From NCBI GenBank assembly GCA_965637545.1, contig OZ281497.1, forward strand, positions 19,778,001-19,842,000: a stretch of DNA of 64,000 nucleotides, written 5' to 3'. Source of the stretch: Phallusia mammillata (lineage: Eukaryota). The notes under the pieces were generated by a model, which searched no databases, was not told the DNA's origin, and saw nothing but the letters and a program-made list of their open reading frames with translations. Each line of letters begins with the position of its first letter. Position 1 is the first letter of the stretch. Shown piece by piece: positions 37,901-51,819 of this stretch. The translations under genes were made by a program, and so were the position numbers.

Positions 37901-39669
37901 GGTCTGACCGAAATAAATTTATAACGGTATTTTTCGTTATTTCGGTCTTAACAAACGAACATTTCTTTTGTGGTCTTTGCAATTATTAAGCCAAAAAGGA
38001 TGAAAGTTGCAACACACAAGAATTAGTGTCGGTAGTTGTTACGTCACATAACATTTGTCAATGATGGTCGAACGGATGTAAATTGTAGGAGCTTCAATTT
38101 TTATTATAGCCTAACAGCGCGAAATTTTCAGCAATTGTATCATGTCAAATGTCCAGAACGAAATACCGGAATAAAAAATAACGGTATTTTGAATATTTTT
38201 TATTTCGGTATTTCGTTCTGGTATTTGAGCCAAAAATTATTTATTTCGTTCCGGTATGAAACACTGGATTTAGGTCTAGTTGTTACCTTTGTTTTGGTTA
38301 TCAGCTATGTCAATCCTTATCGTTCTTCGTTGAAATGTTTCCTCATTCATTTCCAAAGCTTTGATGAGGTTAGCTTTGTCAGCAAATTCAACATAACCAA
38401 AACCTTTAAACCTTCCATTCTCTTCAGGCAATCGGACATTCAAAATCTGCAAATACATATATATAACAGTTGAAATGGTTAAAAAAATCAAAAAATCTCA
38501 GGTAGTATTGACAAAAGAACCATAAAAATCGACATCTAAATAGTGAGTATGAATACCTAAAAGTTAATTCAAGCATTGAGTGTCCCCTAACAATTATATT
38601 TGCAATTGTTTAAGGCACCAAGACTTTTTCAGATTTAATAGAATGTTTATGTGAGTGGTGACACACATACAAAGCGTTACCAAAGGTTTAGTGACAACTC
38701 AATGAGTCATTTGAAGTGTTTAACATGGTTTTGCTGTGTGGCTGCAAAACAATGGTATTGCTATTAACTATATATGCAACCTACATCCAGTCCTTTGAAA
38801 AATTCATGCAGCATGTCATCATTTGCCTCGTATGGCAAATTCCCCACAAAAGCTTTGTAGGGTCCATTCTCAGGAATTCTACTTGCATCAACTGACACAG
38901 ATCTTGCAGCTCTTGGCGCAGTAGGCAAAGTTATTTGACGAGGGTTGGATGTGCTCTGATATGTCAAAGCTGAAACACACCAATAATTTTTGGAAATAAA
39001 TAGAGGGTAAATAATATTAATTTAAATTCTGATGCAATAATTGGCCAAAGGTGCAATTTTATTGTTTATTGTTTGTACATTATAAATAGTAAATACACAT
39101 AAGTAATTACTTGATTGTAAGCCACTTTTAATTATAAGTCGCACTTGACTGAAAGCAACATGTTGAGATGTTAATGAAATAATGCAAACTGCCCTTGATT
39201 GTTATCACCATGTTATGATATTAAGAAATTAATGTAAAATATGTACACATGCAAACAAATTGAACTCAATTAGTGTGGAATTGCAGATTGGTGACAGTGT
39301 TAAAAATATTGGCACAGCAATAAGAACCTGCATAATTGGTAGGGTAAAATATTTGACAAGATGTGGCTTGCAATCAAACAATTATGGTAGGTAAAAATAT
39401 ATTACTACAAATTATTGGAACTTACAGCTGTTTACTGATTGGCCTTCTTCTTCTGTTTCATCAGCCCAGTTTATCACGCCAGGGGATGAAATATCCCCCA
39501 AGAAGTCATTCAGTGATAAAGTTTTGGTATTTTTTGACTTCTTCTTTCCTTTCTTGCCTTCACAGAGAAAACAAGAACAACAACTGTTAAATCTTAAACA
39601 AGGCTTCAAAAAACATTTTTTAAAGGGAGTATGTCTAATACCTGTGGGTGGAGTACCAGTTGCTGCCAT
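28993..39669 (-). CDS. EIF4B: Eukaryotic translation initiation factor 4B
   Basis: MAATGKKGKKK..TLSLNDFL, NWADETE, LPTAPRAAR, RRM (YKAFVGNLPYE..RFKGFGYVEF..IRIDIAD), DRYG-like region, RPQLKLQPR, IFGSAKPVDTAARERE, PAPVPKESPW, and C-terminal SKFALLAVDDSDDD..*. About 17 exons with consistent phases. Confidence 0.95.
34997..35483. mobile_element. hAT MITE in an eIF4B intron
   Basis: TIR CAGGGGTCCCCAAACT / AGTTTGGTGACCCCTG; perfect 8-bp TSD GTCTACAC (34989-34996, 35484-35491); cggccc subterminal motifs. Confidence 0.9.
35492..35750. mobile_element. Older hAT MITE abutting the previous element
   Basis: Ends catggatgcgcaacc / gattgtgcacccctg (11/15 inverted match); flanks gtctacac / atgtaaac (5/8). 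Confidence 0.5.
36845..37278. mobile_element. TAG-ended 8-bp-TSD MITE with cgatacc/gagtac internal repeats
   Basis: Ends TAGTGGTAGGACGATAC / GTAGTCGTCCCATCACTA; flanks cctttacc / cctttaac (7/8). Confidence 0.75.
37797..38266. mobile_element. hAT MITE with ggtattt/tttcgtt internal repeats
   Basis: Ends CAGTGATTCATA / TATGAAACACTG; perfect 8-bp TSD GATTTAGG (37789-37796, 38267-38274). Confidence 0.88.
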
Positions 39670-41566
39670 TTTGGGGCTATTTGGTCTTTTATAATCTCAT
39701 ACAATAATCAGGTTGGTTAAGGAGCAACAATTTAGCTGTTTCCCTATTAACAATCATCTGTTGGATGATATACACTAGAAACAACAACAATTTAGATTAA
39801 TAACACACAGGATAATTTGTCTGTGTGTATTAAGTCCTGGGTTTGGGTTTTAATTTTCTAAAAGCAGACAGATAAAGGTGTCAAACATACACCAAAAGTT
39901 CTGCACCAATTTACCGCAAGTATTGTGTAACAATAGGCCAATTCACACGTTTTTAGTAAGAAGCTCGTTTTTTGGACAATAAGAAGGAAGAAACACTCAA
40001 CACACAATACTAGAGGCTTAAAAACTAAGGTTGATTTATTGAAAAGAAATACAATTAACAGTAGCTACGATTATTTATAATTGCTTCGAAATTAAAAATA
40101 GAATCATTCTTTACACACATATAATTGAAATTGAATCATAACAGTTAACATTGAGTAACGGATCACAAATGAAACTGCATCATAACCATCATTATTAAAA
40201 TAGAATTAAACTTGCTAATTACAAACCAAACAAATTTACAGAACAACGTGTGATAATCTCCTCCCGCTCGCGACATCCAGCGCATGCAACATTTTACTTA
40301 CTTCACATGAGCGAGCGTGCAGTCGTACGTCTCAATCAAACATTATTTTGTAAGTGCGAAACATACTTCTTGCTTGAATTTAATCACAATTTGTTGACTG
40401 TTTATCACAAAATAAATATAAATATGATTTCTTTTCAATAAGTGTCAATCAGAAAAACTTGGACAGAAAACAAGCTCGGTTAAGCCGCGGGACATTTGTT
40501 TTATGCTAACCGCTTGCAAAGGTTATTTTGTTATTTAATGTGTAGGCTGCATCACCAAAATAAATCCGCTTTTTAGGTCAAGTAAGCGTAGGCAATAAAC
40601 AAATCGGGCATGTTTATGAACACTAATTGACAACCGATGTTTTAAACCGACTAGTTGGCAAAATTCTGACAAACATGTGGCTATACAGGTGCACAACAAA
40701 AACAGTCAAAATTCAGGTCAACAGCGCATCGACGGTTATGTCACAGCGCAAAAAACGACCCAGGGGATTGGTTTCTAAATTCAAATGAAAATTTAATGCA
40801 TGTCATGTTTTTGCATTATGAGTTGTAGGATTTACAGCACATGTTGACACAGAAACCTGACAGTTTCATTATCGACTTAAATGCAGTTTTTTATAGTATC
40901 CAAATAGAAAACGTAGTTTGGCATTGGAGGAAACTTTGTTTATGGTAAATCTTTAGAGGAAAGGTTAACAAACAGAAATGTCTTACAAAAAAGATGTAAA
41001 AATGACAAGCGCCAAGATATATCATGAAAGGCAACGAGTCAAAGGAATCGTGGCAATGGTAGCCAACCCGACATACAGTAAAACATTTGTTTCTGTGTCA
41101 TCTTATGGTCCAATAAAGCAATCAATGAAACATGACATCGGAAATGAAACTAAAGGCAATCCGACTGGTTTTGCCCGTCGGAATTCTCAAGAGAAGGTCA
41201 ACAATTTCCAATGCTTGGAAGCAAGGCTACTGCAGCAGGTATTACCGATATTGATTTGTGCAGCAAGCGCGTTCTCTTTCGTACGACAGCGGGGCTTTTG
41301 CATTATTTATCTGCCAGCAGTACTAGTACCGCACGCAGAAGCTTCAGTTAATATACCTCTTTTCCTGCTATTGTGTACTGGTTGGTTGCGAGGAGGGACA
41401 AGGATACTAATGCAATAAAGAAGCTTTTCATTTATAGCAGAGAAAAGGATTTGAAATCGAAAGTTTCTACAACGTTGTGTAGAATGCAAAGGCATTGCTA
41501 ATTTATTAAAAAGCAGGCGTTCTCTGTTCCTGCAAATTTAAGAATTGCGGTTTACAGGGGAGAAAT
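39670..41566. promoter_or_regulatory. Divergent (head-to-head) promoter region of eIF4B and the Piccolo-like gene; probable non-coding eIF4B exon near 40300-40340
   Basis: The two genes diverge from this interval; minus-strand gaa|gtaagt donor at ~40300 lies in a local CpG-richer patch. No TSS can be determined. Confidence 0.45.
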
Positions 41567-44500
41567 ATGCCACATAACAGGCAGGAGAAATTTCCGGCAC
41601 CACCAGCGTTCGAGGAACTATCGGGTTTGGATTTAAGTCACCTGAGCTCGGAAGAAAGGGCGGCGATTCTGGAAGTGGCGGCACGAGCAAAGCAGATAGA
41701 GCAAGTGGAAACACGCCGTGTAAAGTAAGTGATCTGAATTATTTGTTTTTTCTTTGAGATTATAAAAAGGCAGTGGTTCGAATTTTTTCAACTTTTTTTA
41801 TGTATGTATTATAAGTTGCTGCTTGTACACGCTTTATTGTTAGTAAAAGGTGCTAAAAAGAGGTAAGTAATCATGCGGCATTTTCAGCTTTAAGTATAGT
41901 ATCGCTATAGTGGCTGGTTTTGGTTTGTTCTATGCTCAATAACGTTAGTTCCCCAATACATTAAAAAATGCTCTTAGCAAGCGGTTATCATGATGGTATG
42001 TGTTTTTCGTGAATCGTGTTAGGTGTGACTAATTAAACCTACTACAGATTTGCATCGTAGCAAGTCCACTTGTATCCCTTGTACTACAATTAAAATTTAA
42101 TCCTTTTCCTTAGGTTTAACATTCCTAATCTTTTATAGGACAATAGAAAAACAGGTTGAAGATTTTTCCCGTTCCAAGCAACCGGCGTCACCACAACGTA
42201 CGGCATCTGGTAGTGTCACTAGCAAAACGCAGCAAATTGGCCAAACACAACACCACCGTGGTAAAGCAGACTTCTCACAAACAAACCCTCTTCAAAACAA
42301 ACATCAAACGCAATTTGGTAAGCAGCAGTTCCGTAAAAATGTGCTTATTTCTTGATTTTCGAATAGTGAAGCATTACATTTTTTGGCAGCCACATCTGCA
42401 TTTAAAGATGCATCAAGTAAAGCTATTCCGCTCAGCGCCAAACAGCAAGTCGGAAATGTCAAAATCAAACAAACCACCGATGTGGAGCATAAATGTTCGT
42501 TTTGCAACGTCCCGTTGACAAGCAACTTGAATTCTAAAGGACAAACGTTCTCAAATGCGAGCTTACAAGAACTGAAAAAATGTACATCTTGTGGACGTCA
42601 TGTATGCAAATCGTGCATCGTCCTATCGAAGGTTTTGGCAAAGGTAAAAGACAAGAAATAGTCCTTTATTTTTTTACAAGTAACAAAAATAAGGCAGTTG
42701 GTTGTGCAATATTTTGTTTTTAACTTGTTTGTGACGAAATAAACGACCCTAGGGCCGTTCAAGCTTTAACCATTACTATACGCCGGGTGATTATCCAAAA
42801 CTAGATAAAATTTATCCTACATGCCGTTATGGAAATACTTTCGCAACGAGTAAACTAACTTTTTGTTGTTAACTAAAGCTTTTGTTACGCTGGGGATGAT
42901 ATTTAACATATTCATGGGCTTAGACCGGTAGCACTTAAAAAAATTGCAAGGGGAGCGTTACGACAAAAATAAAAACTTTATGAACCGCTGTCCTATACGC
43001 TAACAAAAAATTGCATTGTTCCAGAAAGGTGAAGTCTTATGCAAGCTGTGTAACAAGCAGCGTGAGCTTGCAGCGAAAAGCAACGTTTGGTTGCAAAAAC
43101 GGCCTGCATCTCAACTACTTAGAAGTGCAAGTGTCGATACATCTAAGGTAAGCAGTTTTATAAAGTGGTACATTGGCAATTCTCACAATAAGATCTGATG
43201 TTAGCTAACACAACAATCTTGCACAGAATGAAGGTACAGAGAAGAGTGCCAAGTTTTCCGAACAGGCATTAAGAAGAAGATCTTATTCTGCAGATAATTC
43301 GCATGCAGTGAAAGATTGCCGGAAAAGTAGGCTAGATCGATTTAAAGTATACAAGTAAAAAATATTTGTTCAAAAACTTATTTTTGTAGGAACTCCGATG
43401 AGTCTTCCTGAAGCATTGATGCGCCAATTGTCAGAAGATAAAGAGATTTCGAAGTCTAAGCATCACAAACAAAAACAAAAAGCAGATCCGCAATCAAAAA
43501 AGTCGATGAAGACCGAAAGTGGAAGTGCAAAAAATACAATAATTGAACACCGTCCTCCAAATGGACTTCCCTCAGCTGGCCAAGACCCGTTGTCCAAAAG
43601 CAACACAACCAAAATATCGCCGAATGCTAATATATCGCGAATGCCGAAACACAAAGCACCGACTGAACACACTGTGTCCAAATCAACAATTAAGGAACCT
43701 GTACAAGACGTAGAAAACCCCACATTATCATCCACCGCTGTGGCGGAGATTAGGAAACCGAACGTAAATATAACACAAAGTCATCGGTCCACACCTAATT
43801 CATCACCATTATCGTTCACCAAAGATCATCAATCTGCGCTGCCCAATTCAGTACAAAAGCCTAAAGATGAAGCAAGCAGTGTGCTGGAAAAGTTAAAGAG
43901 GCAATTTCCTTTGCAAGCAACAAAACCTGATACTGTAAGAAAGGAAGATCAACCTTCTGGTATTGTGACTACGGTACAAGAGAAGTCACAATTAAATAGT
44001 ACCGGCATCAACCCAGTTAAGGAGGAAATACAAGTTGACCAAAAGTCGACGAAACATTCGGCGGCACCAAATTCATCCAAACCAATTGTTAAACCATCGG
44101 AGTCCATCACAAAGCCATTAGAGTCCACAAATAAGCCAATGGCGTCTGTAAATCAACCATTGGAGTCAGCACATGGACAATTAAGCCATGTCACTAAATC
44201 TCTTAGATCATCAGAACCAGTAACAACCATTTCTAACGAAGTTTCACAAACCCCACTAAATAAAGGAAGAAAAAGCTCGCTGGATAAACAAGCTATCGAT
44301 GATACTCGATTAGCAAAGTCAAACGAGCAAGCAAGGGAAAATAAAAAGACCGGGAATTCCCAACAGATTTCGGAAACTACACACACGGATATGGAATCAA
44401 ATAAGGAAAGAAAGGACGGCGTTAATAGACATGGCAGTTATGTCGCTAAATTCTATGAACGAGGCCCATCAAAAGAGGAAGTCCATGATTTTACTGACAA

Positions 44501-47500
44501 GTTTAAAACCAATGTGGAGGTATTTGATAAAAATATATTATCAACAGCAAACTATTCAAGTGATTACAAACTAGGAATCACTTGAATACTGCATTTAAGG
44601 TTATGGTCTGTCTACTCTAAAATAACACTCCTGCAGGGAATAGTTTTTATGACTACACAGCAAAAATATTTTCAGAAAGAGAAATAAGTTATCAATTCTA
44701 AAATAACATGTTGTTTTCAGGGACGCGCCGATGCCCACGAGAGCTTTGAACCTTTACCTGATTACCCCACCGGCAGTGAACATCCATTAGCAAAACAAAA
44801 CGGTAGGTGCCTCAATTCGATAATGAATCACTGTCGCGTGGTTTTCTAGTGTGACGGAACATCTGTGTTGAGACCTTACTTGTTTATGGGCCATTAGACC
44901 GAAGACAATCACTGACAGAACGGTGAAGGGGACTCCGATAGTCTTGAGCGAGATCGATAAACCTTAAAGGCCCTATTGATCTAATGCATTTTTGTTCGCG
45001 CAGTGCCGTCAGCTTACGTGGCCAGACGGTCATCGATCGAAGAGGCGGGGCGTTCAATGCCCAACGCAACGTCTATATGCAGCAGTCTGGCCGAGAGTGA
45101 GGGACCGGCTGAATGGAGTGTGGACGAGCTAGACGACAACGACACTTTCTTCCTGGTTACGTCATCCGGCAGCGATAAGACCAACCTTCCTTCGGGTTAA
45201 GAGTTTTTTTTATTGATTTTTGTACTGGTTTAGTACTGGTATGTTGATACTGGGACAGAACGATTTACCAACATTTTTCCACAAAGAATATAATAACCAA
45301 CCTGGCCTCTTTGAAAAAATATTATTGTTGTTTGATTAATTTTTCCTTAAAAGTAACTTGTGGTAAACAAAGCTACCAAGAAACTTTACTAAAATGTCCA
45401 ATGAAATTAACCACACTTTTGTGTAAGTGTATGTCAATCTATTTCTAAATGTATCAATAGAGGAAAAACGGGACATAAAAAAGTGTAATAATCTTTTAAA
45501 GTTGCAGAAAATCAAATGGTGAAAGATCTATTTGTTTACTTTTTATTCCATTTTTAACCGTAAAAAACAAGCGCCTATTTAAGACTTTTTTTACTTTTTT
45601 TACGTTACATACACAGCAGTTGAAGGTTTTATTTTGCAACAACTAAAGAAGGGAAATGCTAAGTAGAGTCTCTTTTTAAATGTTGCCTCGTCAATCCTAT
45701 TAGGCAACGATTTTTTTCCCAACCGCCGTTTCAACTGTTAAATAATGCAAAGCTGCTAGAACTCCGATTGCCAGCTTCCAGTAATAATACATGAGACAAG
45801 GAGCTTAGGAACGCTATCGGGACCCCTAGATACCTGTACTTGGTGTTACATTATGCAAACTATAAGCCCGTGCTTGAGTGTCAATTAACCAATGCAGGTA
45901 TCACAAAACCCAGTGACCTTCGTTCGGCCGTGGAGGAAAACGATCAAAGACTGAAGGAGGCTGAAGTTGAAGGTCTCTGTGATGAACGTAATTACGATTA
46001 CATCGGCTATGAAGACGACACGGAAGGAGATTTTGATCAGTTCTTGCAGGATGAGCAAGACGCTCTGATGGAATACACAGGAAGTATGTGAATCTTTTGC
46101 TAATGCATGCACCGGACAACCCACCCCTTTTATATGTACTCACTCATTCTGAATATGCGTCAGTTAATAAAACAAAAAAACATTGACAATGCGGTGCACA
46201 CATCGGTTTTATGATTGCGTTTTAATTCGTTTTTGGTTGTTTCATGTGGTACTTTGTTTGATGATTGGCAGTGATAAAATTAACTTGAACTAAGCTGAAA
46301 AGTTGTCACAATTCTTACAGGCCTGAAAAGGGTTTCACTTTTTCACGATCTCTCGTCTATGGCTTCAAACAATGTGGATAAGCAACCTGAAAATGTAAGC
46401 CAGTCTGATTTCGACAGCACCAACGAAAAACCACCAGCACATCCAAAACCACCAAGCAAAGTTCAACCAAGTAAAATCGGTACTTACCATATTCCACGTT
46501 ATTTGCGTTGATTTATTCAGTAGTTATGAAACACTTTTGCTTCAGATTTAGCTGAGGAGAAGCCTAAGACCAGTGAGAACCACAAAAAGCTGAAGCGCAC
46601 CGATTCGATCACAAATCAAGTTAAAAGTACAATATCTAGGTTTGAAAATCAGGCTGCTCCAGCCCAACCAACCGAACGAACCAAACCTTCTAAATTTCTA
46701 CCCGAACAATCCGCTGTTAGTGTCCAGCAACAAGTCACCGCGGAAGATAGATTCGCTATGACAACTCCCATAGAAAAGCCTGCAGTGTTTTCTATGGTTA
46801 AGAGTCGGGCGGTTTCGAACTTTTACCCCAACGATAGCACACAAACGCAAAACAAACTCAAGGACGAAATTACTGTCTTGAAAAATACTCCAACTCATCA
46901 ATACAAAAACCATACCAGCAACACTACTGCGGAAATTGACACCAGCACAGCAAAACGTACAGAAGAACTGCAGAAAAATACTAGGAATAATACCGAAACA
47001 ACTGTTACTAAACCTATTCCAGCGAAACGAAAAACCAGCACCATTCCAGCAATTACAATTACGAACGAAGCGGACACGAAAAGCACAGGGAAGGTTCCAG
47101 CCAATCAAAAAGAAACCAAACAAGGTAAAACATCGGAAATACCCGTTTCTAAACAAAGCGAATTCGAGCCAGTTTCCGGCGACAAGAAAACATCAACTTC
47201 GGTGGATTCTACTCGCAACCGTCTTAATCGATCCCCTTTGCCTGCATCATCTTCAGTGTATGTAAACAAGTTTGGTTCGAAGGTGCTGCAGCCAGCAAAC
47301 ACGTCCAAGCTACCAATATCACCACTAGTCACGTCAAGCAACTCGATAAACGAGTTGCCGTCTCAGGAAGGCAAAACTCAGCAGCAACAGCAACCTTCCT
47401 CAAAGAAAGTGTGGGCTGTGCACAAAGCTGGGTACTTTGACAGCGACAGTGAAAGTGGAGGAGATGATGATGATGAGGACGAGAAAGAGTTGTTGAAGTT

Positions 47501-50500
47501 TACAAGCTCTGTTCCCATCCATCCTGAGGAAATGGAAGAGTACGATTCAGCCAAAACTGTTCCCAGCGCCTCTCCTTCTTCTAAAATGTTTTTTCGACGA
47601 ACCACGTCCACCGACAACTTCGAAGACTTGCTGAAACGCGCCACTGACACACCACGCCCGCGGAAGTCTGGCGCCACCGCGCGGATAGATAAAATAGCCT
47701 CGCGCTTTGCAAAGAAGTCGGACGAAGACAATTCGTCCATGGCACGCTCAGTGTCTCTGTCGCCACCAAACGGCGGAAGCAATAAAACAGAAACCAGCGA
47801 TGATTTATCCCACCACGGTCGGCGTATGTCAGAACCCCTGATCTGTCAAACAGATAATGTTTTGAAACCGGAACCATCAAACATGTCTCTGTCCCCAAGC
47901 CGCGGTTCCTTTTCCTCTTTGCCATCACCTAACTCTTTAGCGTCCAGTAGTGGAAAGAAGGATTTGGTTGTTAACTTGAACTCAGCAAAAGAATTCGGAG
48001 TGAGCACGCATACACAAAGTAACATTTTCTGCGACAGTGGCCAATATAGCAGCATGGTTCGTTGTGTTTCGTGTGGTGTGCTGGCCGATTCGTCGACACC
48101 AGAACAGACTACCCACGTTGTTAAACACAATGACGAGGTAAAGATAGAGCCGCCTAGGTCACTGGAAATGAGCCAAACTCGAACCAAAAAATGTCAATCT
48201 GTAAGCTCTTCAACCCAAGTAACCCCAGACCAACCACAAAGTGGATTTTCATTTCTTCCTTCTGTGGATTTGTGCCAGCTTACTGCCCTTATCGAAGCTC
48301 TCAAGAACGTACAGGGAATTAGCACTTCTACAGGATCGTTAACCAGCGGACTTGACAAGCACAACCCAACTTCAACTTCTATAACATATGAGCCCAGGTC
48401 GGTGCTATATAAGGATGCCTCTACTGAGACCTCACTCACGGGCGAACCAGTCATCCTCGCTAATGATCGGGTATTGTCATGTGGAAGGTACCGAGAGGTG
48501 GATGGCAGCTGCCTGTCTCCAAGACGCAGACCAAACACTGCACATGCTTGTATCGGAACACAGGAGAATATAACTGTAAAGCGAGACAGTCACGGTGTTC
48601 ATGCTGATGTGCCTAAGCGACGCGAACTAAGCAAATATGATTTACCACCATCAGACGAATACTCTTGGAGATATGATTACCATGAAGGTCACGTCCCGTC
48701 TTCATATCTCGAACACGAAGGAGATTCTTACCTTAGAAACCCGCGCTACCCAGCGCACGATATCTATGAAAGGGCTTACCCCACTACTCGCCCACGACCT
48801 CGCTACTCGCGTGAGACCTATGCAGGATACTCGCGTTACGCTGAACAAGATCGCTACCTTCCCCAACACTACTCGAGTTTTCCGTTCGATCAGAATAGCG
48901 AGTATGACCGCACTCCGCGCAGTCAGTATCAACGACAAAGAACTGTTCCAAAGTATAGAGGGGAGGTTAGTCAAGCAATGGGAAATTCTCGGAAACAGTT
49001 ATTGCCCAGAGACCCATACTACAATGACGCTTACCAACAGGAGTATCTGAATGAAATGATTTTACCGGAGAACTTGGAGCTGGAGGTTCAACCACCACGT
49101 TTAAACGCCGGAAGACAAGAAAATGATGGCTACGACCACAGTAAGTTTATGTCTCCGTACATTTACCATTAATGTTCAAGTTTTAAGAAGAAAGTCAAGT
49201 TTTAGTTAATTACTGATGGCTTAATGTTTGTAATTTTAAATTAAAATATATTAATAGGGAAAATTCTATACTTTTAAGCACAAGATACTATTACCTTTGC
49301 AGAAGGTTACTAATATAGTTACTTCTTATTCACGGGATTCAAACCTGTATTTGGTCAGGCGCGCTGTACCATTCGGCTAAGTTCCTGCCACACTAATAGT
49401 TATTTTGCATTTTTCAGTGGAAGGAAATTTAACTACTCTACCTAACGACGACTTCAGTCTCAAGCGGTCTGCATCGGTTCCAGCGGTTGCACGTCAAGAT
49501 GTCGATGTCTTGTCCCAAGCTCATATTGCACAACCGATACATGCAAACGCAGGAACTGATATGAGATCCTGTGAGGTGAGTGCTTATAGGAACTTGCATC
49601 ACGATCAGCCTTCAGCAGCACAGTACAACCGTCCACCGCAGACCAACCAGCCAGTTTCTCAGCCGATTGTTCCTTCTTCACAATATAATGAAAACCAAGA
49701 CTTTTACGGAAGATCCGCCAGTCAAGGTATTTTATGGTATACTCTCATTAACTGGAAATCTATTTGATTTTGTCTTGTGTTTTAACTGGAATTCAATAAT
49801 ATTGCGAAGTGTCTGTATTTTTCACTTGTCTTATTTACTGGGTTACAGGCAGCTCTTACACGTTGGCATCTTTGGATAGTACTGCTCCACCGGACTTTAG
49901 TAACGACGAAATTGATGAAACGCACCGATCTCCGTCAAAACGAACTCTTCCCCAACCTCCGGAAGATGACGAGTTTCGTTGGCGTTACAACAACAACAAA
50001 CGTTTCAATACGTTAACATCCGGACGAAGCCGCAATAATTATAAGAGAGGTATACGCAAATAGGAGTTAACCGTTTTTTTTAATCTTGGTGAGTATACAA
50101 AGTATTTGATTTATAACAGATTACAATACGGAGCCAACAGCAAGGGGATCAACAAGACTGCGTCAAACCATGGAGGATTTGGATCAGGAAGAAAAAGAGC
50201 TAGACCTTAGACTCAGAGTAAAACCGTAGACTCCGAGTATGCGTGTTTGTTTTTTTACTAATTCTGCCTTATTTCGTTTCCAGTATCTGGAACTTGGAAG
50301 ACAAACTCGTTCCACTTCTCAGTCGTCCCTGAGCTCTCACTTGTATCCAGCGAATACGTCTTCCACTCCATTACGATCAGACTATGACCAGTAAGCAATT
50401 TGTTTTTTTGTCTTTTAGCTGTGAATAAGAGGAGCATGAAAACGTTTATGGGTCACCCACTAGATTATAACACAATTTGTTGAAAAAAGAGTCTGGTAGA

Positions 50501-51819
50501 TCAGGTTAGATTCGTATAATACATGTGACAATTTTTATGATTGCAAATAGGGTTTGCTATACTCACTTAAGCACTGTCATGTGAGAAAAAAGGTTTTAGT
50601 TTTTCTAACAACATTTTGACAGAGTCGCATCGCGTTCAATTAACGACGACTCGACACCGCTTACTCCGTCATCACGTCAAGCGAGTATCCTCAACATCAG
50701 TGAAGCGAGTCAATCCAAGCCTCAAAACGCGCAACGAAACTACGTCATTGTCGATGACGTCACGCAAATTGTCACATCAGGTCCGCAGCCAACGAATGAA
50801 AATCGAACCCAAAAGCGGAACCCACAAGGCAATTCTCGTGCTGATGGTCACCAACCCCAGCCACAGAACGAAGTGACGAACCGATACCGCGGCGACAATA
50901 ACAGAGTTTACTCCGGCACATCTCAAGGTGACTACTCGTCTAGCCACAGAATTCCCCGCACCAACCAGCGCCACTCAACAAACCAGCAGCTACCCCCGAG
51001 CAGGAGAACAATGGGAAATGGAACCTTCCACGCTCGTTACGCTTTACAAGATAGCGAGGAGTTGGAACGAGCTTTTGCGCTTAGTCAAAACAATTACGTT
51101 CCAAGTAAGATTATTTCAGACAAGGACAAGGGTCACTATAAAGAGAACAAACAAACCGCGCGCACGAAACTATATGACGAGGTGGATTACAGGACTATCG
51201 GGGATGATTATCATTATATGAGCCCCACGAAACAAAATGAGAAGGGTATTATAAATATTTCAAACATTTTTTACATATAATAAATGTGTTTTTGTATTGG
51301 ACGCAGGTCAAAGTAAACAAGAATATATCACGCCACAGCCACGATACACAGAAAACGTGGGACGACAAAACTTGGAACGTCAAACCCACGAGGTGGCAAT
51401 AGAGAGTCAAATTGATCAGCCACGTGAGGAGGATATGCGCACTGTCGTTTCGGATACGGAAGGTATTATAATACCTAGTATTTGGCGTCGCTGAATGGTC
51501 TCCTAATCCACATGTAGACATAAAATGGTTTCGTACACTCTTGGTACACTGGACCCCGTAAACCAATTTTTAACATTACACTGAATTGTATTCCATAAAC
51601 TCAGAGTTTTTCGATGTAAACCGGTTCGGCGTGATTTTAAGAGTATTAGGAAGCCATTACATTTGCTTGGATTCGATACTGTTTTGTTTTCCAGCCTACC
51701 ACCTTCGCCATGAACTTAACGACTGGTTTGACAAACCACGTGATTCCAATAGCCGTGGTGGCCGCGGAAGTGACGCGATGTATGCAGAGTTTTCCAATGA
51801 TCAAATGCTCGATAACTAA
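41567..51819 (+). CDS. PCLO: Piccolo/Bassoon-family presynaptic scaffold homologue (~2250 aa)
   Basis: N-terminal DLSHLSSEERAAILEVAARAKQIE; one RIM/Piccolo-type Zn finger (CSFC..CTSCGRHVCKSC..LCKLCNKQRELAAKSNVW); then SKRTLPQPP, TRLRQTMEDLDQEEKELDLRLRYLELG, RNYVIVDDVTQI and VSDTEAYHLRHELNDWFDKPRDS, matching recalled vertebrate Piccolo/Bassoon homology motifs in the same order. About 18 phase-compatible exons including a 2.6-kb exon (46547-49140). Confidence 0.85.

Noticed and set aside
40978-41418. 146-aa ORF upstream of the Piccolo-like start
   Set aside because: No recognisable motif and no demonstrable splice link; may be UTR, chance ORF or an unprovable alternative first exon.
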